Assembly: GCA_046758445.1 (NCBI GenBank)
Contig: JBHIAE010000060.1
Span: 1-16,351 of the forward strand
Origin: Candidatus Thorarchaeota archaeon
Lineage (GTDB): Archaea; Asgardarchaeota; Thorarchaeia; Thorarchaeales; Thorarchaeaceae
Reading direction: 5' to 3'
Length of the DNA stretch: 16,351 nt
In this document: positions 15,682 to 16,351 of the stretch, in pieces
Layout of the letters: each line of letters opens with the position of its first letter
Numbering within the stretch: the first letter of the stretch is position 1
Notes under the pieces: generated by a model
Database searches by the model: none
Seen by the model: only the letters and a program-made list of their open reading frames with translations
What the model was told of the DNA's origin: nothing
Translations under genes and position numbers: made by a program

Positions 15682-16278
15682 CTAGACTCCCAGTTTAAAG
15701 GGTTTGCTCGGGTCCGGGCCTTCCGCCGTGAGAGGCCCAAGCTCACGTTGCTTCTCCATTGCTCCTGTAACAAGCTCTGTAAACAGCTCGTTGATGTTCT
15801 CCCCTGTCTTGGCGCTTGTCTGGTAATGAAGCACATCAAGCCACTTTCGAATCATCTCTCCGGCCGCCGGGGGAACGAGTCTGTCGCTTCTGTCTATCTT
15901 GTTTGCAACGACAGAAACCACGGCATTTGGACAGACTGTGATGAACTTGGTAAACCACTCACCCACGTCCAGGAACGTCTGTGGCCTGGTCACGTCATAG
16001 ACGATGATTGCCATAGTGGCTCCGGCCATATACCTTCTCCGAAGCTCATTGTAGGTGGGTTGGCCCGCCAAGTCCCAGAGCACGACTCTAGCAGTCACTC
16101 TGTTACCATCGGGCATTGTCACGTCCACCGTTTTGAGGGCAAAAGTAGTTCCAATTGTGGCAATGTATCTCTCACTAAAGCTGTCTTCCGTGTATCGTTT
16201 GATACAACTGGTCTTCCCTACGGCCCCGTCACCTAGGGCAACCAGTTTAAACATGTGAGAGATCTGTTCGGTGGACAC
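15682..16278 (-). CDS. Ras-superfamily (Rab-like) small GTPase
   Basis: G1 GDGAVGKT, G2 YIATIG, G3 WDLAGQ, IVYDVT, G4 NKID and G5 TSAK. No C-terminal Cys. Confidence 0.94.
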   Translation of the reverse strand: MSTEQISHMFKLVALGDGAVGKTSCIKRYTEDSFSERYIATIGTTFALKTVDVTMPDGNRVTARVVLWDLAGQPTYNELRRRYMAGATMAIIVYDVTRPQTFLDVGEWFTKFITVCPNAVVSVVANKIDRSDRLVPPAAGEMIRKWLDVLHYQTSAKTGENINELFTELVTGAMEKQRELGPLTAEGPDPSKPFKLGV

Positions 16279-16327
16279 GGTACGGCCGTCCTTAACTTCA
16301 CTGCCCAGGTTATCTGCCGAGGATTGG

Positions 16328-16344
16328 TATTTAATAGTTCTCGG
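16328..16344 (-). promoter_or_regulatory. Candidate BRE/TATA of the GTPase-membrane protein pair
   Basis: The minus strand reads CCGAGAAC-TATTAAATA, about 50 nt upstream of GTG 16278. Confidence 0.5.
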
Positions 16345-16351
16345 AATATCC

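Noticed and set aside
94-16258. Numerous antisense or alternate-frame ORFs (e.g. 94-393, 2349-2933, 3475-4122, 3585-4148, 6947-7462, 6964-7434, 14776-15186, 15748-16236)
   Set aside because: They are shadows of well-supported genes with no motifs of their own. The long ones arise mostly opposite low-complexity coding tracts.
13677-16278. Reductase involved in prenylating the neighbouring Rab-like GTPase
   Set aside because: The enzyme is a reductase, not a prenyltransferase. The GTPase lacks a C-terminal Cys, and the reductase has its own TATA box.

Overview
Gene-dense archaeal chromosomal window, most consistent with an Asgard archaeon (inferred from a stand-alone roadblock/LC7 gene and a Rab-like small GTPase together with RadA, Topo VI, CofE and a geranylgeranyl reductase; Thorarchaeia-like is only a guess). 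Gene order: 5' part of cofE (-, runs off the left edge, missing from the ORF track), translationally coupled top6B-top6A (+), amidohydrolase (+), Zn-ribbon/acidic linker/TPR-like protein (-), PAP2-like membrane protein (-), roadblock protein (+), four-gene ABC-2 exporter (+), radA (+), geranylgeranyl reductase (-), uncharacterised membrane protein (-), Rab-like GTPase (-). The standout is a remodelled topoisomerase VI. Top6A, the Spo11 homologue, is 710 aa with a ~355-aa N-terminal arm of two Lys/Pro-rich tracts and two tandem HhH domains that resemble the N-terminal domain of the RadA encoded downstream. Top6B carries a ~85-aa insertion in its ATPase domain. Top6B, Top6A and RadA all probably begin MSR[KR]KK. 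I saw no tRNA, rRNA, CRISPR array or mobile element. All calls come from reading motifs by eye; no database searches were run, so novelty is unverified.
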